Of a stretch of DNA of 64,000 bases, positions 19,546 through 27,664 are shown one piece after another. The translations under genes and the position numbers were made by a program. Location of the stretch: positions 1,760,001 to 1,824,000 of the forward strand of contig OY762825.2 of the NCBI GenBank assembly GCA_963666425.2, read 5' to 3'. The stretch's first letter is position 1. Each line of letters begins with the position of its first letter. Below the pieces are notes generated by a model. The model did no database searches. It was not told the origin of the DNA and was given only the letters and a program-made list of their open reading frames with translations. The stretch is from Bacillota bacterium (GTDB lineage Bacteria; Bacillota; JAAYKD01).

Positions 19546-20337
19546 TTAAGAATATTCCAAGGCGTGCTTCAGCAATCCCAACCAAGCGCCGTAATGCCGG
19601 AAGTAGAGGTGCAGACCATCGGGACTCATCTCAGGGTTCATACTGCCGTCCGCCAAACAGAAAGGTGGAGAAATATCGATGTAGGCAACTTTTTTTTCAG
19701 TACATAATTGCTTTAAAGCGGTGTTGAATTCAGCGATTTTTTCATTGCTGATCAGTGTGCTGGAATAATTTGAGGTAATCGGCAGGATAGACTGCACATA
19801 AAGCGTACTGTCAGGGTAGTATTTATTTAACGCGTCGAGCAAGTCATTATATCGGCTGCAATAGACTGCCGCATCCACAGAAGTATAATTCATATCATTG
19901 ATACCGAGCAGTATAAAAATAGCTGTCGGCTTTCCTGCCTGCCAATCTGTTAAATTCTCCGCTGCCTTCAATAAGGTTAAGCCACGCCCGGCCATAATCG
20001 CTATTGTATCAAAGGATGGCAGAATTTGCAGCCCTTCTGTTATAGAATCACCGATAAAAGCAGTAGTTTGAAAAATGGGATCCTGACTGATTTCCGTGGT
20101 GTCAATCGCCAGCAAGTCTGTAATGCCCAAAGCGGTACTTGGCTTTAAATGATTCTCCGGCCGTTCGGGCAAAGCCGTGCTTTGGTCTTTTTTTAAGTAG
20201 GAAATCGAAGCAGGTTCAGGATGGTTGAAAGAGCCATCAGCCTGCAGCCATAAGGACAGCGGGATCAAACAGAGCAATAGAAGCGTGATAATCCGTATAG
20301 GATGTAATCGGTGTCTTGTTTCGTGTTGATACTGCAT
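19546..20337 (-). CDS. Membrane-anchored SGNH/GDSL esterase
   Basis: GDSITEG, LGIND, DGLH motifs; start MQYQH with GGAGGTG RBS; N-terminal hydrophobic segment. Confidence 0.85.
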   Translation of the reverse strand: MQYQHETRHRLHPIRIITLLLLCLIPLSLWLQADGSFNHPEPASISYLKKDQSTALPERPENHLKPSTALGITDLLAIDTTEISQDPIFQTTAFIGDSITEGLQILPSFDTIAIMAGRGLTLLKAAENLTDWQAGKPTAIFILLGINDMNYTSVDAAVYCSRYNDLLDALNKYYPDSTLYVQSILPITSNYSSTLISNEKIAEFNTALKQLCTEKKVAYIDISPPFCLADGSMNPEMSPDGLHLYFRHYGAWLGLLKHALEYS

Positions 20338-20656
20338 ATTTGTGGCAATCACCTCCTGAGCGAAACTAAAAAAAACAACGGTTGGGATGATTCGGATTAC
20401 CCTCAGTATAACACAAAGCAAAGCGGGATGACTAGAGGATTTGCAGCAAATTGCCGCAAGAATTTCACCCTTTGTCTCAAGTGTTGAGTCGATGAGCATC
20501 AAAAAAAGTAAAAGAGAATCGGTTTCTAATCGTGTGATGGATAATAATTTCCCAGATAAATAACACATCTGAGTAGGAAATTTCAGATATTGCTTTTCCA
20601 GAAAATAAGAGTTACCTTATTTCCAGAAAATTTTCCTTAAATAACTATAAAACAGC

Positions 20657-20685
20657 TTGTAATTGTTCCCGTTATTCGCTATAAT
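20657..20685 (+). promoter_or_regulatory. sigmaA promoter of the agr-like operon
   Basis: TTGTAA-17-TATAAT; direct repeat TTTCCAGAAAAT upstream at 20595 and 20620. Confidence 0.6.
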
Positions 20686-20722
20686 ATGCTCATATGTAAA
20701 AAAATCGGGAGCCAGGAATAAA

Positions 20723-21271
20723 ATGATTATTGAATTTATTGCAGCGATGATTTTGGCGAAATTCAAGCATTACAATTTGAAATATGCTTTTAATTCCTGG
20801 ACCTTTTATCCCGTGCTGCTGACGCAGTGCATCTTGATTTTTTTCCAGATGAGTATTTTTTTCGGAACTTATTATTTTTTGCAATTCGTACCAATCGTTG
20901 AACCGATCATCATCGTATCATTCCTTTTTGCCATCCTTGCTTATCAGCTCTATACACCGGCGATCATCGGCTCGGTTTGTATTGGCATCGGTTCCCTGCT
21001 GAATAAGTTTGTTATGGCGCAGAATGGCGGCTTGATGCCGGTTTATCCGAGTTTGTCTTATCTGACCGGTTATGCAACACCACAGTCCTTTCAGATTGCG
21101 GACGGTGTGCACATCTTGGGCAGTGAAGTGACCCGTTATAAGCTGCTAACCGATTATATTGACTTTGGTTATTGCATTCTGAGCCCCGGGGATGTCTTCA
21201 TCCATCTGTTTTCTTTTCTCATGCTTTATGCGATTTTTAAAGCGGCTCATCAACATTATTCTAGTGTGTAG
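20723..21271 (+). CDS. DUF5317-like integral membrane protein
   Basis: Multiple TM segments; G.LLN..V..QNGGLMPV and LTDYID..SPGD signature. Confidence 0.75.
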   Translation: MIIEFIAAMILAKFKHYNLKYAFNSWTFYPVLLTQCILIFFQMSIFFGTYYFLQFVPIVEPIIIVSFLFAILAYQLYTPAIIGSVCIGIGSLLNKFVMAQNGGLMPVYPSLSYLTGYATPQSFQIADGVHILGSEVTRYKLLTDYIDFGYCILSPGDVFIHLFSFLMLYAIFKAAHQHYSSV

Positions 21272-21303
21272 ACAGAACTGCATCAATGAGAGGATGAATC
21301 AAT

Positions 21304-21825
21304 TTGGACGGAATAGCGATTAGTGTTACTCAGCTTTTAATAAAAGGTATTCCTGAGGGATTTCTCACGATGCTTGCCTTGCATGTTTTAACCCGGACAA
21401 AGATTGATGGGAAGAAATATTCACTTCTCAGCTCAGTTTATGTTGTTTTAACTTACTTGGTTAGATTCTTACCAATCACACTTGGTGTGAACACAATGAT
21501 ATCCCTGTTGACATTGATTTTACTTTTTCAAGTAACGTATAAAACGCAATTGGGTAAGGTTGTTAAATCGGTTGTTTCTGCTGTTTTGATCATGACCTTT
21601 GTCATGATTTCAGAAATACTGAATATGTTGATTCTCTATATTATTTTTGGTCAGAGTAAGGCGGAAGAGTTACTTAATTTCGGGTCGGAATTAACACAAA
21701 GTTTAGTAACTATTCCATCCTCGATTTTTCTTGGCCTTTTTATAATCCTTTCCCACGTTATTTTAACCAGGATGGAAAAAAGGAAAAACGAACATGGAGA
21801 AGCTAACAAGAAAACTGGCGACTGA
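21304..21825 (+). CDS. Small multi-pass membrane protein, agr-associated
   Basis: About 4-5 hydrophobic segments, GIPE and RFLPI motifs; overlaps the agrB start by 32 nt. Confidence 0.75.
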   Translation: MDGIAISVTQLLIKGIPEGFLTMLALHVLTRTKIDGKKYSLLSSVYVVLTYLVRFLPITLGVNTMISLLTLILLFQVTYKTQLGKVVKSVVSAVLIMTFVMISEILNMLILYIIFGQSKAEELLNFGSELTQSLVTIPSSIFLGLFIILSHVILTRMEKRKNEHGEANKKTGD

Positions 21826-22441
21826 GGTCGCTCGCTCGCTCGATTACGATGCCGAGCGCGAAGCGGTAATCGCTTACGGTCTGATCGGAATCGTACAGAT
21901 TATCATCACCTTTACTTTGGTTCTGATTTTTGGAATTTTGGTCGGTGCACCGGTGGAAGCACTCATTGTCTGCGCAGCGGTTGGCCTGTTGAGGAAATAC
22001 AGCGGCGGTGCTCACGCAGGTTCGGCGGAATTATGCAATGCAATCAGCGTTGTTTACAGCACGTCGGCAGCATTTGTGGCCAAAAGATATTTCTCTACGG
22101 TAGATCATCTCATTCCGCAGCTGTCGTTCATCGCGGTCATCTTCGGCGTTTCGTACCTCATCGTCTACCGGTTGGCGCCGGTAGATTCAGCCAATAAACC
22201 GATTAAAACGGTGAAAAAGAAAAAAAGGATGAGACAAGGCAGCTTGATCATCCTGACTGTTTACTTTCTGTTATCGATTGCCCTGATTCTTATCGGCTGT
22301 GATTATGGGGTTTACGCCTCATACGGGATAAGCCTTCTGTTTGGAGTTATTTGGCAGATTTTCACTCTTACCTCCCCAGGAGCAGCCCTGCTTCACAGCC
22401 TGGATCTTTTATTCCAAATAAAGGAGGTGAACAATTTATGA
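21794..22441 (+). CDS. agrB: Accessory gene regulator B (autoinducer maturation peptidase)
   Basis: I.YGL, LRKYSGGAHA..C (catalytic His/Cys), APVDSANKPI motifs. Confidence 0.93.
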   Translation: MEKLTRKLATEVARSLDYDAEREAVIAYGLIGIVQIIITFTLVLIFGILVGAPVEALIVCAAVGLLRKYSGGAHAGSAELCNAISVVYSTSAAFVAKRYFSTVDHLIPQLSFIAVIFGVSYLIVYRLAPVDSANKPIKTVKKKKRMRQGSLIILTVYFLLSIALILIGCDYGVYASYGISLLFGVIWQIFTLTSPGAALLHSLDLLFQIKEVNNL

Positions 22442-22560
22442 AGAAGTTCTATGGTATCGTTGCTGCTGTTTCTACAATCATGGCAGCCGCTCTCGCTACT
22501 TCTGCCTGCTGGTGGTTTGCTTATCAGCCGGAAGAACCCGCGTCTTTGAGAGAAGAGTAG
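22438..22560 (+). CDS. agrD: AgrD cyclic thiolactone autoinducer precursor (40 aa)
   Basis: AAGGAGGTG RBS, ATGA overlap with agrB; MKKFYGIVAAVSTIMAAALATSA-CWWFA-YQPEEPASLREE = amphipathic leader, Cys core, acidic PxxP tail. Confidence 0.93.
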   Translation: MKKFYGIVAAVSTIMAAALATSACWWFAYQPEEPASLREE

Positions 22561-22570
22561 AAAAACCCAT

Positions 22571-22608
22571 ATAGGAGGCTTTTTTTGAAGCCTCCTATCT
22601 CTTTCTTT
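22571..22608 (+). terminator. Hairpin after agrD (terminator or RNA stabiliser)
   Basis: ATAGGAGGCTT-TTTTTG-AAGCCTCCTAT followed by CTCTTTCTTT. Confidence 0.6.
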
Positions 22609-22633
22609 GCGGTAATTTTAAGGAGGCGTTGAC

Positions 22634-24295
22634 ATGTTTGAACTTGATAAAGAAAAGCAGACACAAATTAATCAAATTTTACAGCTTGTTAAAATCGCCT
22701 CTTTGTGTTTTCCGTCGATCGCTTTCTTTCAGTATTATGCCAAAAGCAACGCCTCTGCCGTTTTTTTTACCTACAGTTTTTTGCTGGTTGCCGTCTTATT
22801 AACGATGCTCGGCATATATATGTTATTGTATTATATTCAGGATATCATGAGCGATGAATATAGGATCAAACCCTGGATCAGTCCGATGATCTCGCTGACC
22901 ATCGCATTTCTATCAGTAATCCTGACAGGTACTTATGAGAGCAGTTATAAATTCTTGTTTGTACTCGTGATTATTTTCACCAGCATCGAGTGCAATATGA
23001 GAATCAGCATCACCATTTCCAGCTTGTCGGCGTTGATCGTGCTCGTCACCGATTTGGTTTACGCTCCCGCCAATGGGGTCAATTCTTATTTTGAGAGCGA
23101 TTTGTTCTTGGCAAGCGTGTTTTTGATCATTTCCTGGACCATCAGCTTTTATGTTGATTTAGGCAAAAAGCATATTGAGAGCTTAGCGAATTTAGCCAAT
23201 ACAGACGGCTTAACCGGATTGAATAATCATCGTTTTTTTTATGACGCTCTGACGGAACAAGTGAAAAAGAGTAAAACCGAAGAAAGTGCGCTCTCTTTGC
23301 TTTTTATTGATATTGATGATTTTAAATATTACAATGATCTCTATGGTCATCAAAAAGGGGACCAGGTGATCAAAACATTGGCGCTGCTGATGAACAATAC
23401 ACTGCCAAAAAAAAGTATCATCGCACGCTATGGCGGTGAGGAATTTACGATTCTATTGCCCGGCAGCGGAGAAGAGCAGGCGCTGCAGGAAGCGGAAACG
23501 CTGCGACGGGTTGTGCATGAATATAGATTTGAGGGAGAAGAGAATTTGCCCGGGGGTACCTTGACCATCTCAATCGGGGTTTCTTCCCTGAGTCCTAAAA
23601 TTAAGTCCGAAGCCGATCTTTTAAAATGCGCCGATGATGCTTGTTACCGGGCGAAATTCCTGCGCAAGAACCGGGTAGAGTCTTACTACTCTATCCTGGA
23701 AGAACTGCAGAATGAAGTGGATGAATCCGATAAATCGATGATCGCATCGATCAAGACACTGATCGCCGTGATCAATGCCAAGGATAAATACACTTATCTG
23801 CATGTCGAAAAAGTGGTTTATTACTGCAGTCTGCTGGCGGATCAGCAAGGGATGAGCGAGACAGATAAGAAGAAATTTGTTTATGCTGCCTATTTGCATG
23901 ATATCGGGAAGATTAATATTCCGGAAGAAATTTTGATGAAGGTTGAAAAACTAACACCGGAAGAGTGGAATACACTGAAAAATCATCCGCAGAATGCAGC
24001 AGAGATCATTAAAAACATTGAGTCTTTGAAGACAGTGGTACCGATTATTCTGCAGCATCACGAAAAATTTGACGGAACAGGCTATCCCAACAAATTGAAG
24101 GGGGATGAAATTCATCCTTTAGCCAGACTGCTGACCGTGATTGACAGCTTCGATGCCATGACTTCTGTCAGACCGTATCAACTGAAAAAAACGTATGCTC
24201 AGGCAATTGAGGAACTGAAACGGTGCAGCGGAAGCCAGTTCGATCCGGATGCCGTTCAGCTTTTTGTACAGGTTGTCAAGAGTATAATTTCATAA
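22634..24295 (+). CDS. Membrane-bound GGDEF + HD-GYP c-di-GMP enzyme
   Basis: About 5-6 N-terminal TMs; DGLTGL.N, DIDDFK..ND..GH, RYGGEEF; HDIGK, HHEKFDGTGYP, DSFDAMTS.RPY. Confidence 0.93.
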   Translation: MFELDKEKQTQINQILQLVKIASLCFPSIAFFQYYAKSNASAVFFTYSFLLVAVLLTMLGIYMLLYYIQDIMSDEYRIKPWISPMISLTIAFLSVILTGTYESSYKFLFVLVIIFTSIECNMRISITISSLSALIVLVTDLVYAPANGVNSYFESDLFLASVFLIISWTISFYVDLGKKHIESLANLANTDGLTGLNNHRFFYDALTEQVKKSKTEESALSLLFIDIDDFKYYNDLYGHQKGDQVIKTLALLMNNTLPKKSIIARYGGEEFTILLPGSGEEQALQEAETLRRVVHEYRFEGEENLPGGTLTISIGVSSLSPKIKSEADLLKCADDACYRAKFLRKNRVESYYSILEELQNEVDESDKSMIASIKTLIAVINAKDKYTYLHVEKVVYYCSLLADQQGMSETDKKKFVYAAYLHDIGKINIPEEILMKVEKLTPEEWNTLKNHPQNAAEIIKNIESLKTVVPIILQHHEKFDGTGYPNKLKGDEIHPLARLLTVIDSFDAMTSVRPYQLKKTYAQAIEELKRCSGSQFDPDAVQLFVQVVKSIIS

Positions 24296-24300
24296 AAACA

Positions 24301-24351
24301 AGAAAGCACTTTTGAATAACCGGCGATAGCCCTATTCGGAGGTGCTTTTCT
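24301..24351 (+). terminator. Intrinsic terminator
   Basis: AAAGCACTTTTGAATA..TATTCGGAGGTGCTTTTCT. Confidence 0.6.
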
Positions 24352-24417
24352 GTAATTTCGACTTCCCTACCATAACGCTTGCCTGTGCCGAACGCTCCAT
24401 CGCTTACTTTCCCGGAA

Positions 24418-24461
24418 TTGTAACTAAGTTACTGAAGTCGATCAAGTAATGATGGTATACT
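24418..24461 (+). promoter_or_regulatory. Putative Crp/Fnr-type operator and -10 element upstream of the CoA-disulfide reductase
   Basis: TTGTAACTAAGTTACTGAA (palindromic GTAAC-TAA-GTTAC), 19 nt, then TATACT; a near-identical site lies upstream of trxA. Confidence 0.55.
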
Positions 24462-24538
24462 AATTCCAAATGAAATGAGTGAAGAAATCATTTGTACGAA
24501 AAAGACTGCCGAAGCGCAGAAATCAAATGGAGGGCAAA

Positions 24539-26998
24539 ATGGCTGAAGAACAGAAAATACTGATTGTCGGTGGAGTGGCAGGCGGAGCAACAGCAGCTGC
24601 CAGACTGCGTCGGTTGGATGAAAAAGCAGAAATTATCCTATTTGAACGAGGGGAATATATTTCCTTTGCCAATTGCGGTTTACCTTACTATATCGGAGGA
24701 GAGATTAAAGAAAAATCGGCCCTGACATTGCAGACACCGGAGAGTTTCCATGCGCGTTTTGATGTGGATGTGCGCAGCGGGAACGAAGTAATTGCGATCG
24801 AACCGAAACTGAAGCAAGTGACCGTTTTAGATCATCATAACGGTATTACTTATACAGAAAGCTATGATAAGCTGATTCTATCGATGGGAGCAGAGGCAAT
24901 CAGACCGAATATCGAGGGCATCCGCTCCGATAAAGTGTTTACCCTGCGCTCGATTCCGGATACCTATCGAATCAAGGAATACATCGAACAGAAAAAACCT
25001 GGCAGCGTCGCAATTGTCGGCGGTGGCTTCATCGGCATCGAGATGGCGGAAAATTTGCAGCGGATGGGTTTGACGGTCACGTTAATTGATCTGGCAGACC
25101 AAGTCTTGGCGCCGATTGATTATGATATGGCAAGCGATGTTCATCGCCAGATGGAAAGCAAAGGCGTTCATTTAATGCTGGGCAATTCCGTCCGTTCCAT
25201 TATGGATTTAGGCAATACCTTGAAGCTTGCTTTAAACAGCGGTGAATTGTCTGCCGACATGCTGATCATGGCAATTGGCGTCCGCCCGGAAACGAAAATT
25301 GCGAAAGAAGCCGGCATCACCGTCAATGAGCGCGGCGCTATTTTGGTTGATCAGCGCATGCTGACCAATCTTCCGGATATTTATGCGGTTGGCGATGCGG
25401 TGGCGATTACCGATTTTATCACGGGTGAGCAAGGGTATGTGGCTTTGGCGGGACCTGCCAATAAGCAGGGTAGGATCGCAGCGGATCAAATTTGTGGCAT
25501 AGACAGTCAATATGGCGGCACGCAGGGCTCTGCCATTCTGAAAGTGTTTGATTTAACGGTCGCTTCCAGCGGCATCAATGAAAAAACAGCAAAAAAATTA
25601 GGACTCAATTACGATAAATCCTTTACCTATTCCGCCAATCATGCGGGCTATTATCCCGGTGCTGTTAATATGTCGATCAAAACAATTTTCGAAAAAACCA
25701 CCGGTAAAATCCTGGGCGTGCAAATTGTTGGTTATGATGGCTCTGATAAACGCTGTGATGTCTTTGCAACGGCGATTCGTGCCGGCATGACAGCCACCGA
25801 TTTGACCCGCTTGGAATTATGTTATGCGCCGCCCTTCAGTTCAGCCAAAGATCCGGTCAATATGGCCGGTTACGTGATTGAAAATCTCTTAACAGGAAAA
25901 GTGAAGAATTTCCATTGGCATGATGTGGAGGGGTTGCCGCGTGATGGCAGCGTCACTTTGCTCGATGTGCGTACGGCGATTGAATATGAAAATGGCCATA
26001 TGGAAGGATTCGTTAACCTGCCGCTGGATGATTTGAGAATGCATTTGGATGAATTGAACCGCAGCAAGCCGATTTATCTGACTTGTCAAATTGGACTGCG
26101 TGGTTATATTGCAGCCAGAATTCTCTCACAAAATGGTTTTGATGTCTATAATCTCAGCGGCGGCTATCGCCTCTACCATTCGATTTTTGGTACGCATCCG
26201 CCAGTACCATCCATTCAGGGTTTTAATGCAGATACTCAACGTGCAGATGAACCGAAAAGTGAAAGAAAAATTAAGCAAACGATTCAATTGGATGCCTGCG
26301 GCTTGCAGTGCCCCGGACCGATTGTGAAACTGTCCAATGCCTTAAGCGAAGCAAGTGAAGGTGATCTGATCGAAATATCAACCACCGATCCGGCTTTTAC
26401 CAGTGACTTGGAAGGTTTCTGCCGCCGGACAGGTAATATTTTACTGGAATCTACCAGTAATAAAGGAATCAATATTGCGCAGGTTCAGAAAGGCAGCAAG
26501 CCACTGCAAACAGGAACAGCGGCTGCCAAAGACGGCAAGAATATCATCGTCTTTTCCGGCGATTTGGATAAGGCGATTGCCAGTTTTATTATCGCCAATG
26601 CCGCCGCAGCCATGGGGCGCAAAGTGAGCATGTTCTTCACTTTTTGGGGATTAAACATTCTGCGCAAGCCGGAGAAAGTGAATGTGAAAAAGGATTTCAT
26701 TTCCACGATGTTCGGCATGATGATGCCGCGCGGTGCGCGGAATCTCACAATTTCCAAGATGAATATGGGCGGTATGGGCGCGAAAATGATCCGTTACGTG
26801 ATGAAATCAAAAAATATCGCCAGTTTGGAAGACTTGATCAAAATGGCGCAAGCCAACGGTGTTGAATTGATTGCCTGCTCCATGAGTATGGATGTCATGG
26901 GCATTCGGATAGAAGAATTAATGGATGGTGTGAAAATTTCCGGGGCTGCGGCGATGCTGGCCAATGCGGAAGAATCTGATATGTCACTTTTCATTTAG
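24539..26998 (+). CDS. CoA-disulfide/persulfide reductase fused to rhodanese, TusA and DsrE-like domains
   Basis: GGVAGG, SFANCG, GGGFIG, LCYAPP; rhodanese LLDVR..CQIGLRG; TusA DACGLQCPGP; DsrE2 FSGDLDK..FFTFWGL..ACSMSM. Confidence 0.9.
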   Translation: MAEEQKILIVGGVAGGATAAARLRRLDEKAEIILFERGEYISFANCGLPYYIGGEIKEKSALTLQTPESFHARFDVDVRSGNEVIAIEPKLKQVTVLDHHNGITYTESYDKLILSMGAEAIRPNIEGIRSDKVFTLRSIPDTYRIKEYIEQKKPGSVAIVGGGFIGIEMAENLQRMGLTVTLIDLADQVLAPIDYDMASDVHRQMESKGVHLMLGNSVRSIMDLGNTLKLALNSGELSADMLIMAIGVRPETKIAKEAGITVNERGAILVDQRMLTNLPDIYAVGDAVAITDFITGEQGYVALAGPANKQGRIAADQICGIDSQYGGTQGSAILKVFDLTVASSGINEKTAKKLGLNYDKSFTYSANHAGYYPGAVNMSIKTIFEKTTGKILGVQIVGYDGSDKRCDVFATAIRAGMTATDLTRLELCYAPPFSSAKDPVNMAGYVIENLLTGKVKNFHWHDVEGLPRDGSVTLLDVRTAIEYENGHMEGFVNLPLDDLRMHLDELNRSKPIYLTCQIGLRGYIAARILSQNGFDVYNLSGGYRLYHSIFGTHPPVPSIQGFNADTQRADEPKSERKIKQTIQLDACGLQCPGPIVKLSNALSEASEGDLIEISTTDPAFTSDLEGFCRRTGNILLESTSNKGINIAQVQKGSKPLQTGTAAAKDGKNIIVFSGDLDKAIASFIIANAAAAMGRKVSMFFTFWGLNILRKPEKVNVKKDFISTMFGMMMPRGARNLTISKMNMGGMGAKMIRYVMKSKNIASLEDLIKMAQANGVELIACSMSMDVMGIRIEELMDGVKISGAAAMLANAEESDMSLFI

Positions 26999-27004
26999 TT
27001 AATA

Positions 27005-27042
27005 AAAAAAGCTGAGAACCGAAAACGGTTCCCAGCTTTTTT
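27005..27042. terminator. Bidirectional terminator
   Basis: AAAAAAGCTGAGAACCG-AAAA-CGGTTCCCAGCTTTTTT. Confidence 0.85.
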
Positions 27043-27079
27043 CATGTGCGCCTGACTTATTTCTCAGCAGTCGCTTGGA

Positions 27080-27664
27080 TTATTCGGTGACGAGGCAGGA
27101 TTGATTGCGTAATCCATTTTGGCTGCCGTTCATCACGCCAGTGCCGTTCATCACGCCAGTGCCGTTCATCACGCCAGTGCCATTCATCACGCCAGTGCCA
27201 TTCATCACGCCAGTGCCGTTCTTTTGTCCGCTGCCGTTCATCATGCCAGTGCCGTTCTTTTGTCCGCTGCCGTTCATCACGCCAGTGCCGTTCATCACGC
27301 CGCTGCCGCTGCCGAAACCAGTGCCGGTGCAGTTGGCTTCGTTTTGCTGCCAGGCTGCCAGAATAGTATCCGCTTCGCTTTGCGTCATTTTACCGGCGGC
27401 TACTTGCGCTGCCAATTGATCCTGTTTGATGGCAAACAGTTCGGTTTTGAATTCCGTTAACAGACCGGCTTCAGAAGCGATGCTGCCATAGCTGGATCCG
27501 GTTTCGAATTTTTCCGCTGTGATACTTTCCAGTGTTCTTCCGGTCAGGCCGGACACGGCTTCCGCCGGAGTTTGATAAGTGGAAGCAGCATAAACGCTGA
27601 GCGAACCGGCGCTAATGGTTAATACCATTGCGGTAAGGGCGAGGATTTTTTTGAATTTTGTCAT
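27080..27664 (-). CDS. Secreted DUF2680-like protein with Gly/Met/Asn hexapeptide tail
   Basis: AAGGAGG RBS, signal peptide MTKFKK..VYA, TPAE..GLTG, V.AGKMTQ.EAD motifs, ten G-x-x-N-G-[TS] repeats. Confidence 0.7.
   Translation of the reverse strand: MTKFKKILALTAMVLTISAGSLSVYAASTYQTPAEAVSGLTGRTLESITAEKFETGSSYGSIASEAGLLTEFKTELFAIKQDQLAAQVAAGKMTQSEADTILAAWQQNEANCTGTGFGSGSGVMNGTGVMNGSGQKNGTGMMNGSGQKNGTGVMNGTGVMNGTGVMNGTGVMNGTGVMNGSQNGLRNQSCLVTE
27122..27301 (-). repeat. 18-bp coding tandem repeat x10
   Basis: Unit GGCGTGATGAACGGCACT and variants (GVMNGT/GQKNGT/GMMNGS). Confidence 0.92.

Noticed and set aside
20338-20568. Upstream extension of the SGNH ORF, and similar long N-termini of other ORFs in the track
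   Set aside because: Better RBS-supported starts exist downstream, and the extensions run through promoter regions
27122-27301. Short tandem repeats as a possible CRISPR array
   Set aside because: Contiguous 18-bp in-frame units with no unique spacers and no cas genes
27105-27460. Plus-strand repeat ORFs (PFITPV.. and HHASAV..)
   Set aside because: Shadow frames of the minus-strand gene, which has the RBS, signal peptide and family motifs
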